Shown: in pieces, positions 37,699 to 46,848 of the stretch
How positions within the stretch are numbered: the first letter of the stretch is position 1
How the letters are laid out: every line of letters starts with the position of its first letter
Assembly: GCA_051003195.1 (NCBI GenBank)
Contig: JBPCLP010000008.1
Span: forward strand, 64,001 to 128,000
Length of the DNA stretch: 64,000 bases
Source of the DNA: Candidatus Sumerlaeaceae bacterium
GTDB lineage: Bacteria > Sumerlaeota > Sumerlaeia > Sumerlaeales > Sumerlaeaceae
Reading direction: 5' to 3'
The notes under the pieces: generated by a model
Seen by the model: the letters and a program-made list of their open reading frames with translations, nothing else
The model's database searches: none
What the model was told of the DNA's origin: nothing
Made by a program: the position numbers and the translations under genes

Positions 37699-38358
37699 TT
37701 AGTAGTGCAGGGCTGCGCCTGGCGCGGAAGGCGGGGGAGAACTGCCAGCGTCGGACCGATGGCCAGCAAACTTGTTCCATAGCTTTCGAAAGATTCCGGC
37801 GAAGACATAGAGCAACACGCCCGCCGCGATGATCATCGCAACGGTAAATGAAAGGCTGAGGAGCGGATGAGCGGCCAACAGGCCGATCGTGCCGATAACC
37901 AGCCCGTCTTCCACGAGGCTGACCGCAGGCGATACAAGCGGACTTGTGCCTGTGGTGTGTGCGGCAAGGCGCGTGGTGGCTTTTGCTGTGTGCGAACCGA
38001 GCGCGAGAGTTCCCCCGATGAGAGCAGCCCCAACCTGGACTTCCGGTGGCACATTGCCGAAAGCCGCGGCCGCGAGTGCGGCACCGGCCGGCACGCGTAT
38101 GAAGGTGTGGATGGTATCCCATGCGGAATCGACAGCCGGAATCTTGTCCGCAACGAACTCGATGCAGTACATGAACAGTGCGGGAACAATGACCCACGGG
38201 CTGCCCAGAACTTCCAGCCCCTGCGGTAACTGGAAGCCCGGCACATACTGACTCATCAAGCCGAGCACCGCCACCGTAGCGTACAGGTTGATTCCCGCAC
38301 ACCAGCTTGCGCCAAGCGCGAGGGCTAACTGAGAGATAATTGATTCATAGGGGGTCAT
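37699..38358 (-). CDS. DUF4126-like membrane protein
   Basis: SWCAGINLYA, EFVADKIPAVDSAWDTIHTFIRVPAGA, SLVED. Confidence 0.9.
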   Translation of the reverse strand: MTPYESIISQLALALGASWCAGINLYATVAVLGLMSQYVPGFQLPQGLEVLGSPWVIVPALFMYCIEFVADKIPAVDSAWDTIHTFIRVPAGAALAAAAFGNVPPEVQVGAALIGGTLALGSHTAKATTRLAAHTTGTSPLVSPAVSLVEDGLVIGTIGLLAAHPLLSLSFTVAMIIAAGVLLYVFAGIFRKLWNKFAGHRSDAGSSPPPSAPGAALHY

Positions 38359-38531
38359 GAGGAGGCCTCCGTTAAAGTCACCATCGGGTCGTTCGACAGC
38401 ACATTATAACGGGTTGTTTCCGCCGCATTCAATTAATTATTAAAGTTATAGCAATTTGCTACAAACGTGTTCCCGTCGGTGCTTAGGGTTGGCACTTGCG
38501 GAAGCAGGGCGAAACAGGGAGTGCCTCTGGA

Positions 38532-39473
38532 ATGTCGTTCAGCCCCGATGACCAGGCGAATACACGCGCGCGTCTGCGTATGCTGCTGGGGCGCCTGCCC
38601 GCATGGGACCGTCCCATCTCCGCCGTGGTACAGGGCGAGCCTTACTCTCATGCACAGGGTTTCATGGTGCAGAAACTGGAACTCGAATTGAACGGCATCG
38701 AGCCGGTGCCGGCTTATTACGTCCGCCCCGCAGGGCGTGATGGTGAAAGGCTACCGGCCGTACTTTACCATCACTCGCACGGCGGCGAATACCACATCGG
38801 CAAAGAAGAACTGCTGGCAGGGCGAGGATACATGCAGTCTCCGGGCTATGCTGCTGCGCTCACGCGCGCCGGCTTTGCAGCCCTGGTGATCGACTGCTGG
38901 AACTTTGGTGAGCGTCACCGCCGCACGGAGACTTCTGTCTTCAAAGAGATGCTATGGAAGGGACAGATCCTTTGGGGCATGATGCTGTACGACGCGGTGC
39001 GGTCACTGGATTACCTCGTCAGCCGCAATGACGTGGATCCTTCGCGCATCGGAACCCTGGGGATGAGCATGGGCTCAACGCTGGCATGGTGGCTGGCCGC
39101 GTTGGATCCGCGCATCGCGGCTTGCGTCGACATCTGCTGCCTTACAGACTTTCACGCGCTGATTGAATACGACGCGCTGGATGAACATGGGGTTTACTAC
39201 TATGTGCCGGATCTGCTGAACCACTTCAGCACATCGAGCATTAACGCACTGATTTGCCCACGGCCTCATCTGAGCCTGGCAGGAACACTGGATCCGCTGA
39301 CGCCCGCACGAGGGCTTGACCGGATCGACTCACATTTAAAGACTGTGTATGGCAATGCCGGCGCGGGCGAAGCGTGGAAACTTATGCGACAGGATGTCGG
39401 CCACCAGGAGACACCTGAAATGCGCTCGGAGACGTTGGGGTGGCTGCAGCGCTGGCTGGCGTCGTCGGATTAA
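38532..39473 (+). CDS. Alpha/beta hydrolase (dienelactone hydrolase/esterase-like)
   Basis: HHSHGG, GMSMGS nucleophile elbow, GTLDPL, GH. Confidence 0.9.
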   Translation: MSFSPDDQANTRARLRMLLGRLPAWDRPISAVVQGEPYSHAQGFMVQKLELELNGIEPVPAYYVRPAGRDGERLPAVLYHHSHGGEYHIGKEELLAGRGYMQSPGYAAALTRAGFAALVIDCWNFGERHRRTETSVFKEMLWKGQILWGMMLYDAVRSLDYLVSRNDVDPSRIGTLGMSMGSTLAWWLAALDPRIAACVDICCLTDFHALIEYDALDEHGVYYYVPDLLNHFSTSSINALICPRPHLSLAGTLDPLTPARGLDRIDSHLKTVYGNAGAGEAWKLMRQDVGHQETPEMRSETLGWLQRWLASSD

Positions 39474-39515
39474 GTGGAGGAGAGCGACGCATGCAGCGCC
39501 GCTCCCCGACACTAT

Positions 39516-41276
39516 TTACTCATTGCGAGAGCGTTGCTTTGCTGGCCGTGGGCCCGATGAGCGAGTCGACTTCGACGGCGCCTTTTCTGCATCGATCGAC
39601 TTATCATCCTTGGCTGCCGCTGCGGCTTTTTGCCCCGCCTGCACAAACGCGCGAAGTGTATCCGCGGGCATTTTCACATTAACGCGATACTTATTCGCTG
39701 CCTTGGCCCATCCCACCTGAAGCGGCGGAGCATCTTTCACAACGGCAGCCATGCTCTTCATCTGTTCCGCGCCCTTCTCGCCTTCCTTTGCTGACATCGA
39801 AACGGCAAACAGCATTGCTGCACCAATGTTGTAATCGAAATAGCCCTGTCCACCTTTGGGGAGGTTTTCGCTGCTGAGCAATGGTTTTGCGGCCGGGTTG
39901 CTGCCGGATTTTGCAGCTTCGATCAGGTCTTCAATCTTCTCCGGTTTCACTGCATATACCAGGACCTTATCGACGAAGGCCACTTCGTAGACCATGTTGC
40001 CCATGAGCTGTTTCATGCGCTTCTGCTGCTCGTCCGGACCGCGCGAAAAATCCATCTTCATATCAAGTTCGTGAATTGGAGTATCTTTATACTTTCGCAC
40101 GTTCTCTTTAAAGCTGAGTTTCATGGGCATGCCCATTGCATCGTAGAACTTCGCGAAACCGGTGGACTCCATTTTTGCCGGCATTTCGCGGAATACCTTT
40201 AACGCGGCTGCTTCATCCTTCACAGTGACAGCGTACGCGCCGCTAAGGGGAGCGCCTGGGTCGCCCATGAGATTCATGGCCATGGACCCACCAAACGCGG
40301 CCGAGCATTCCTCGAACCACTTTGTGATTTCCTCGACATTGACCTTCGACGTCTCTCCGGGAGTTTCTATTTCTTTTGCGATCTCTGCAAAGAGCTTTCC
40401 CATGCCGACCATGTCAAAACTCGCATAGCCGCGAATTGCACCGTTGCCGGGGAGCAGTTTCATGAGGTCGCTGCCGGAAGCGTCCGCAGCCACAGGTGCG
40501 TTCGGCTCACTGGACTTGTTGACGGGGATGACGCCGTAATTCATCGCCATCGCTTCTCCAGACGGCTCAATGCTCAGTTCCAGCGTGTCCATACGTTTTG
40601 CGAACGCATAGTACGCACGGAACACCGAGACGATCGTATCCGCATCACCACCTGCGGTCGCGCTCGTTGCTTTTTCGGCTTTCTCGACCTTCTTCGCCAT
40701 TCCCTGCATGGCGCCCTGAATCTGCGAATCATATTGCTTGAGCACATCCGCAACCTTAACGGCTCCGCTTAGGGTTGGTGCGCCACTGCCTGCCAGCAGG
40801 GTTTCTTTAACCTGTGGGGCAATCGCCCTGGCTGAGCTTACGCTGCCAGGATCTGCGCCAATAATCAGCAGCCCATCAGCCTCTTCAACCGTGCCCAGAT
40901 TTCGTGCCTTCAGCAGCTTCTGATAATCTGCCGTTTTGCCGGCGGACACTTCCAGGAATGCATAGGGCATCCCCTGTTTCGGGATCACGACTGCGAGGCC
41001 CGAGCCGGACGGAAGGCCTGCAAGCTGCGGGTCTCCCAACATGGCGCCCGCCTGCGCTTTGATCCCCCCGGCGTTCATGCCGGGCATTACCTTAGACGCC
41101 AGCGCGCCGATTTTATCGAGTAGTCCGGGCACGTCGCCAATAACAACACTGCCGTACGTCTCGGGCAATATGGGAATGGAAGCTTCGATTTCTGCTATCG
41201 CGAGATTGCCCGGCACCAGAAGTGCCGCGACTGTCCAGGCTTTGATCTGCTGGTATGCTGCTTTCATGTGAACCAT
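39516..41276 (-). CDS. Hypothetical exported protein (586 aa)
   Basis: Long ORF with AAGGAG RBS and signal-like N-terminus. Confidence 0.8.
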   Translation of the reverse strand: MVHMKAAYQQIKAWTVAALLVPGNLAIAEIEASIPILPETYGSVVIGDVPGLLDKIGALASKVMPGMNAGGIKAQAGAMLGDPQLAGLPSGSGLAVVIPKQGMPYAFLEVSAGKTADYQKLLKARNLGTVEEADGLLIIGADPGSVSSARAIAPQVKETLLAGSGAPTLSGAVKVADVLKQYDSQIQGAMQGMAKKVEKAEKATSATAGGDADTIVSVFRAYYAFAKRMDTLELSIEPSGEAMAMNYGVIPVNKSSEPNAPVAADASGSDLMKLLPGNGAIRGYASFDMVGMGKLFAEIAKEIETPGETSKVNVEEITKWFEECSAAFGGSMAMNLMGDPGAPLSGAYAVTVKDEAAALKVFREMPAKMESTGFAKFYDAMGMPMKLSFKENVRKYKDTPIHELDMKMDFSRGPDEQQKRMKQLMGNMVYEVAFVDKVLVYAVKPEKIEDLIEAAKSGSNPAAKPLLSSENLPKGGQGYFDYNIGAAMLFAVSMSAKEGEKGAEQMKSMAAVVKDAPPLQVGWAKAANKYRVNVKMPADTLRAFVQAGQKAAAAAKDDKSIDAEKAPSKSTRSSGPRPAKQRSRNE

Positions 41277-41597
41277 CTCCTTAAGGACACGAGGATTTCC
41301 TCGCGCTTGCTAAACTCCCGGTTCGTTCAAACGGCACTGCAAGTAGAATAGCGAATCAGCTCAGGCGCTTATCTGGCATAGAATTGTTGCCGGCTGGACC
41401 ACGTGGTTTCGCTGAGGGAACCGCGCCGCGCTCGTCACCGCGGGTGTCGTCGCGATGTTCGCCGTCGGTGATGGGTGGGCGAACGACTGCCCTGCAATTC
41501 TGGCTGCAAGTTGCGCTTCCATGGACTCACCTGCTGAGTTCAATCGCCAGCCGCCCACGTCAGAAATTGCTACTCTTGCCTAGGCGGCGATTGAAAA

Positions 41598-41978
41598 CTA
41601 AAGGACAGGCTTTTGCTGACGCGCGGGCGATACCATCCGTTCTTCGGGCGGCTGCATCCCGGTCCAGGTGTTGTTAAACCGTGCCGAGCGCGCGGCCGCT
41701 TTGCGTTCGCGTGCTGCCGCACGAAGTTCCCGTGCGAGAACGGAAATGGCATGCTCCAGCTTCTCAAGTTTTGAGCAATTGCGCATCCTGAGCTTTAGCT
41801 CTTCTACCGAAAGGTCAGTTTCGCGGCGAAGCGTCTGCGAGACCGCTTCACCGCAAACCACGAGCGCCATCGTGTAATCTTTCCGGTCGAGGCTCGAGAC
41901 GATACTCTCTTTGAATTCACTGTCGTCTAAGGAAGCGGCGAGTACCGTCGCCGTTTCGTGAGTTACTTTCATCGCCAT
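41598..41978 (-). CDS. Hypothetical helical protein (126 aa)
   Basis: Purine-rich RBS, protein-like composition, no recognised domain. Confidence 0.7.
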   Translation of the reverse strand: MAMKVTHETATVLAASLDDSEFKESIVSSLDRKDYTMALVVCGEAVSQTLRRETDLSVEELKLRMRNCSKLEKLEHAISVLARELRAAARERKAAARSARFNNTWTGMQPPEERMVSPARQQKPVL

Positions 41979-42079
41979 GATACGTCTTTCCCCCTTGTAA
42001 ATGGCGTATTAACCGAGAGTAAGAGCAAGACCTCTGCCGTATAGGTGCATTCAAGCCGAATGGGCACAATTGAACTGGA

Positions 42080-42291
42080 ATCCCAGTAAGCTACTGGGCG
42101 GCTGTAAGCGCCAGAAATGTCGCCCACAGCCGCCCGCAACTTCGCGGAGGTGCCTTGGTCGTGTAGGTTGCTGCCCCGTTGTAGGTCAGTAACCCCCGCC
42201 CGATAAGCCGCCTGCTGCCTTTCCTCCCGCGAGTCCGACCGTTCAGATGCGGCGTTCCGAGGTGTTCCGGATCGCCGCAAGCAAGTTACCC
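42080..42291 (-). ncRNA. Candidate structured RNA or long 5' leader, family unassigned
   Basis: Extended -10-like TGATAAGCT just upstream; consecutive stems with G-U pairs that favour the minus strand. Confidence 0.4.
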
Positions 42292-42459
42292 TGCGCTAGC
42301 TTATCATTGTTTTGTGCGTGCGCATGGCGACCCATGCAAGAGAAATTTGCACAGTTTTTGTGCCCGCAACTGATTGTGCCTGCAAAGGCACATAACTCTA
42401 AAGAACTCAGTGGACAATTTAACCGGTTTAGTTACCACATCTGTCGTAACAGACGGTAC

Positions 42460-43515
42460 TCAGACGCCGGGCCTATGACGTAATCGATCAAGTGTTACCG
42501 CGATTACGATAATGGAACCTGTGACGATCTGCTGCACCCAGTTGGCCAGACCCATCTGCGAACAACCGGACCGAATGGTCGTCATAAACAGCGCACCAAC
42601 GAGTGTCCCTAAAACGGAGCCTTGTCCCCCAGCCAGGCTGCCGCCGCCAATCACGACGGCGGCGATGACATCCAGTTCCAGCCCAACCGCAACGGTGGGA
42701 TCGCCGACTGTGAGCCTCGAAAACTGCAACAGTCCAGCTACGCCGGCCATGAAGCCGCCAATCATGTAAACCAATAGCTGCACACGGGGCACCCGGATTC
42801 CACATAGACGGGCAGTGGCCTCGTTGCTGCCTACCGCAAATACGTGCAGTCCGAAGCGGGTGTAATACAACATGAAGGCTACGACAACAGCAAGGCCCAG
42901 CAGCATCCAGACGCCGGGCGGAACCAGCATCCACTGCTTGTTTTTTTGCAGGGCCGCCAGCACATCGGCCAGCCACGTCATCGGTGCGTCGATTTTCTGC
43001 TCGTTGGCTGTGCCAGTGGCAAATCCACGGAAAAGCAGTAGTGTCCCGAGGGTCACGATAAAGGGTACAATCCGCAGGCTGGTCGTCAGTATTCCGTTCA
43101 ACAGTCCGCATGCGGTGGCAACAAGGATTCCGGCAAGTGCTGCAATGTAGGCGGCGTACTGCGGCAGCTCAGAGTTACCGGCGGTTTCAGCACGCATCTC
43201 GAACCTTCGCAAAACGAAGGCGATGATCACGGTAGTGAGCGCGACTACGGAACCGACCGACAGGTCAATACCACCCGCTGCAATGATGACTGTCATGCCC
43301 AGCGCTGCTGTTCCGACAATCGCGGTTTGACGGGCAATCGTCTCGAGGTTTCGTGCTGAGCCAAAGCTGCCACCTGGAACCCGGTACCAGAAAAAAGCGA
43401 AGACGATCAGCAAGGCTCCTATGAGCATGAGCCGATCCAGGGGCAGGCGCTGCGACAGCGGCACTTTGTCCAGCATTTCGGCATGCACCGGCGCTATAAA
43501 TGCAGGCTCACTCAT
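42460..43515 (-). CDS. Monosaccharide ABC permease (RbsC family)
   Basis: GGIDLSVGS, PFIVTLG, AVGSNEATARLCGI, ELDVIAAVVIGG. Confidence 0.95.
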   Translation of the reverse strand: MSEPAFIAPVHAEMLDKVPLSQRLPLDRLMLIGALLIVFAFFWYRVPGGSFGSARNLETIARQTAIVGTAALGMTVIIAAGGIDLSVGSVVALTTVIIAFVLRRFEMRAETAGNSELPQYAAYIAALAGILVATACGLLNGILTTSLRIVPFIVTLGTLLLFRGFATGTANEQKIDAPMTWLADVLAALQKNKQWMLVPPGVWMLLGLAVVVAFMLYYTRFGLHVFAVGSNEATARLCGIRVPRVQLLVYMIGGFMAGVAGLLQFSRLTVGDPTVAVGLELDVIAAVVIGGGSLAGGQGSVLGTLVGALFMTTIRSGCSQMGLANWVQQIVTGSIIVIAVTLDRLRHRPGV

Positions 43516-45011
43516 GCGGCTTCCTGCGCAGTCCCGCTTGCGGCGAGCATTAAGGTGTGTTCTGACCACTCCTCGGCGGCACGCGGCACACCAAGCCGGC
43601 CCCTGTGCATAACGGCGACGCGATCACAAACGCCAAGGAGTTCCTGAAGCGAGCTGCTCACGAGCAGAACCGCTTTGGGGTTTGGCCCGGTCACCAGTTC
43701 GTCGATCAGACGATAGACCTGCGCCTTGCTTCCCACATCGATCCCGCGCGTGGGTTCATCCAGAAGCAACACGTCGACATCATGGTGGAGCAGCCGCGCG
43801 ATTGCAACTTTCTGCTGGTTTCCGCCAGACAGACTGCCCACGATCTGACGCGGGCCACGGCAGCGGACCGCAAGCTTTTGAATCCAGGTAACAGCAGCCC
43901 GGTTTCTGCGCGAGGGAATCGAGGCCGGCCGCGACAGCGTTAGATTATCACCTATCGACATTTGCAGCGCAAGGCCCTCCGTCTTTCGGTCTTCGCTGAC
44001 CAGGCCCAGCCCGTGCCTGAGCCAATCATGCGGAGATGCAGGACCTGTGTGCACACCCATGCGAATCTTGCCGCGGCGCACTGCATCCAACCCAAACAGA
44101 CAGCGCAAAAACTCGGTTCGGCCGGCGCCAACAAGTCCCGCGATGCCGAGTACTTCGCCGCGGTGCAGCTTTAACGACGCAAGCTCTGGCTTTAGTGTAC
44201 CACCGAGGTCTTCAACCTGGAGAATAATTTCACCCGGCGTTCGAGCACTGCGCATGTACATGCTTCCGAGTTTGCGTCCGACCATCAGGTCGGCGAGGAG
44301 TTCGGGCGACGCGCCTGCCGTCGATCCTTCACCGGCAGTTTTGCCGTCGCGCAGAATGATGTAGCGGTCTGCAATTCGAAGCACCTCCTCCAGGAAGTGC
44401 GAGATGTAGACAATCGCATAGCCTTGTTTTTTCAACCGCTCGATTAATCCGAATAATTTCTCCACGTCCGCTTGTGCGAGCGTGCCGGTGGGCTCATCGA
44501 GTACAAGCACCCGGGCACCGACGGCGATGGCGCGCGCAATCTCTACGAGCTGGCGAGCGGCGAGCGGCAGGCGCTGGACCGCAAGGTACGTGGGAATTTC
44601 GGGATGGTCGAGTTGCGCGAGCGCGTTGTGCGCTACCTTGCGCATTTGTCTGAGATTCAGCACACCTGCAATGCCGGGTTCCGATCCGAGTGAGATGTTC
44701 TGCTCCACGGTCAGGTGCGGTGCGAGGCTGAGTTCCTGGTAGATCATAGCTACACCCGCACTGCGCGCCTGCTTTGGATCGCGCGGGGCGTAAGGAAGGC
44801 CATCCAATACCATCTTGCCCGTGTCCGGCTGAATGGCACCGGATAGAACTTTCATCAGTGTGCTTTTTCCGGCGCCGTTTTCGCCAACAAGTGCCAGCAC
44901 CTCACCGGGTGAGACCGAGATCTTCACATCCGACAGGGCAATCGTTGCTCCAAAGCGTTTGGAGATGGCGCGCATTTCGAAACGTGGCGATGGATTTGAA
45001 GGCGTAGACAT
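43512..45011 (-). CDS. Monosaccharide ABC ATP-binding protein (RbsA family)
   Basis: GENGAGKST, two DEPT motifs, EDRK, LSGGNQQKV. Confidence 0.96.
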   Translation of the reverse strand: MSTPSNPSPRFEMRAISKRFGATIALSDVKISVSPGEVLALVGENGAGKSTLMKVLSGAIQPDTGKMVLDGLPYAPRDPKQARSAGVAMIYQELSLAPHLTVEQNISLGSEPGIAGVLNLRQMRKVAHNALAQLDHPEIPTYLAVQRLPLAARQLVEIARAIAVGARVLVLDEPTGTLAQADVEKLFGLIERLKKQGYAIVYISHFLEEVLRIADRYIILRDGKTAGEGSTAGASPELLADLMVGRKLGSMYMRSARTPGEIILQVEDLGGTLKPELASLKLHRGEVLGIAGLVGAGRTEFLRCLFGLDAVRRGKIRMGVHTGPASPHDWLRHGLGLVSEDRKTEGLALQMSIGDNLTLSRPASIPSRRNRAAVTWIQKLAVRCRGPRQIVGSLSGGNQQKVAIARLLHHDVDVLLLDEPTRGIDVGSKAQVYRLIDELVTGPNPKAVLLVSSSLQELLGVCDRVAVMHRGRLGVPRAAEEWSEHTLMLAASGTAQEAA

Positions 45012-45099
45012 ATATCGCTCGCCAGCCAAGCGGGCTGACAACGCTTGTCACTGAAAAACAAAGTGAGCTTGCATGGTTGTCGCGCAAGGACGAGGACTC

Positions 45100-45951
45100 T
45101 TACCTTCGACTATGTTGATCAGCCTGGTGAGGATCTGACGTTAAGAACCGTCGCATTCCGGCGAGGTCATCCGTGTTCAGGTGATCTATGCCTGCGTTCG
45201 TTAATTCGCGCCACATCGCGGGATTGTCCGGCGCGCCCCAGAAACGGAGCGCTCTCCCCTGTGCGTGCACTTGCTCGACAATCCGCTGCAGTTCCTGCTG
45301 CTCCAGAGTTGGCATCGGACCTGTGCCTTGCCATGTGAAATGATCCTTCCAGGCGGCGCTGACCAGTGGCATCAGGCTCACTGGAACCGTGGTGCTCATC
45401 TCATTCAAGCGCCCATCCATAGCGGCATAACGCAGAGGTTTGCTTCCGAACGACGCGAGATCGGGGCGATTTCCCGTTAACACGATTGTAACGGAACCAA
45501 CCTCTGGCTGATCTCCAAAGCTGGTGAGCATGTTGCGATAGGATCCAAGCAGCCGTTGGAGCTCGCTCCATGTGCCCTCGCCATCGGCTTTAATATCAAT
45601 GAGCAGCAGTAGCGACTGCGAACTTTCCCGAAAGACATATCCCCCATTATCGCGCACCCTCTTCTGAAGCGGATCCAGGTAAAGCGACCGGAGCGATCGG
45701 TCGGCTCGAGCGTCTTTCCGCTCGTGCGCAACCAGTAGATTTCCGTCCACAAAGTGCACATCTGCTTCGACACTCGCAAAGCCGTGATCGAGCGCATCGA
45801 ACAACGGCCTGGTGTGTTCATAATCGTTGTGCGCATGCGCACGCGTTAGAACGGAAGTTGTGCCCGCGCTATCCCCGCTCGTTCCTGTCGGCGAGTTGCC
45901 TAACACAAGAACATAAACGCAGATGCGGAATGTTTGTCCAGGCTTGAGCAT
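45100..45951 (-). CDS. PI-PLC/GDPD-like phosphodiesterase
   Basis: AHAHNDY, SVEADV, LYLDPL, LLIDIK, RFWGAPD, LNTDDL. The start at 45951 is inferred. Confidence 0.85.
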   Translation of the reverse strand: MLKPGQTFRICVYVLVLGNSPTGTSGDSAGTTSVLTRAHAHNDYEHTRPLFDALDHGFASVEADVHFVDGNLLVAHERKDARADRSLRSLYLDPLQKRVRDNGGYVFRESSQSLLLLIDIKADGEGTWSELQRLLGSYRNMLTSFGDQPEVGSVTIVLTGNRPDLASFGSKPLRYAAMDGRLNEMSTTVPVSLMPLVSAAWKDHFTWQGTGPMPTLEQQELQRIVEQVHAQGRALRFWGAPDNPAMWRELTNAGIDHLNTDDLAGMRRFLTSDPHQADQHSRR

Positions 45952-45984
45952 CCATCCAGTACGAGCAGGGCGGCGGCGACAGGG

Positions 45985-46015
45985 AAGAAAAAAGCCCGGC
46001 GCAAAGGCCGGGCTT
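45985..46015 (-). terminator. Rho-independent terminator
   Basis: Minus strand AAGCCCGGC-CTTTGC-GCCGGGCTT followed by a T-tract, 25 bp after the stop at 46040. Confidence 0.85.
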
Positions 46016-46039
46016 CTAGCTGGTATAAACGCGCCGCAG

Positions 46040-46645
46040 TTACGGATTTGCTGGCACCACTTCCTTTTTCTCGACGACTGTGCCACCTGCAGGGACGCCA
46101 ATGCTTGCACCGCCCATAGGCGTGGTGATGGAAACGCCAGCGGTTGCCGGCACTGTTTCATAGGAGCTGACATAGTACTTCGGCTCCGTTACGGCAACGG
46201 GATGCTCGGTAAGATAGGTGCGAACTTTCGTCACTTGTTCGGGTTTGAGAATGCTCGTTTGCTGCGTATAATACTCTTTCACCTTATCCAGGTTGTTCGC
46301 TCGGCGAGCTTCCATGACCTGAAGGTCGATATCGCGAAGCCTTACGATGTCTGCGTCGACTACGCCGGCTGCGCGGTATGCGGACTCCAAGCGCGTGGTG
46401 TAGCTATTTGTAACGGTGCTGCTGCTGCTGGTTTTCGTCACAGAACCCGGTGAGCTGGATGTGGACGATTGCTGCGTGGTCTCCGACTTCACGGTTGTCG
46501 CAGGCGCGGCGGTGCTGGATTGGATCGTCGTGGATTTGACCGCCGGATCCGACGTGGTGGTCTTTTGCGTAACTACGGTATCCTGAGCGTAGCTAACGCT
46601 GGCGGCGAGCGCGACCGCCGCAGCCAGTGTGGTAATGCTTTTCAT
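46040..46645 (-). CDS. Exported Thr/Ser/Val-rich protein with conserved 70-aa helical core (paralogue of 56232-57092)
   Basis: Signal peptide (ASVSYA), low-complexity linker, core AYRAAG...LRD.D...VK.YY...RTYL...PVA. Confidence 0.85.
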   Translation of the reverse strand: MKSITTLAAAVALAASVSYAQDTVVTQKTTTSDPAVKSTTIQSSTAAPATTVKSETTQQSSTSSSPGSVTKTSSSSTVTNSYTTRLESAYRAAGVVDADIVRLRDIDLQVMEARRANNLDKVKEYYTQQTSILKPEQVTKVRTYLTEHPVAVTEPKYYVSSYETVPATAGVSITTPMGGASIGVPAGGTVVEKKEVVPANP

Positions 46646-46775
46646 GAGCTTACCCTTTCAACTATTTGAGGTTGAGGCAACAAGCTCTGGACTGACTTTG
46701 TGCTGGCGATGACCCTCCAAGCAGCATCAGCCCAAGTCTATTGCCCGCCCGCGATGGGGTCGAGCCCTGAAAAGT

Positions 46776-46791
46776 TGCAAAGTGCGTGCCA
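46776..46791 (-). promoter_or_regulatory. Sigma-54 (-24/-12) promoter
   Basis: TGGCACGCACTTTGCA, a full TGGCAC-N5-TTGC match, upstream of 46645. Confidence 0.8.
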
Positions 46792-46848
46792 CAGAATGTA
46801 AATCGTGTTGCAGCAAAGCCCCGTAACTGGTGTAGTAAGGACCCTGAA

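Noticed and set aside
42188..42250. RNase P or SRP RNA (GAGGAAAG, CGGCTTATCGG and GCAGC motifs on the minus strand)
   Set aside because: It lacks GTCCG for P4 and is far too short for RNase P. It also lacks the SRP CAGG/GNRA/AGCA signature.
42365..42381. Sigma-54-like AGGCACAATCAGTTGC (also GGCACGCATCTTCGC near 31137)
   Set aside because: GG-to-GC spacing is 11 rather than the strict 10 in both cases.
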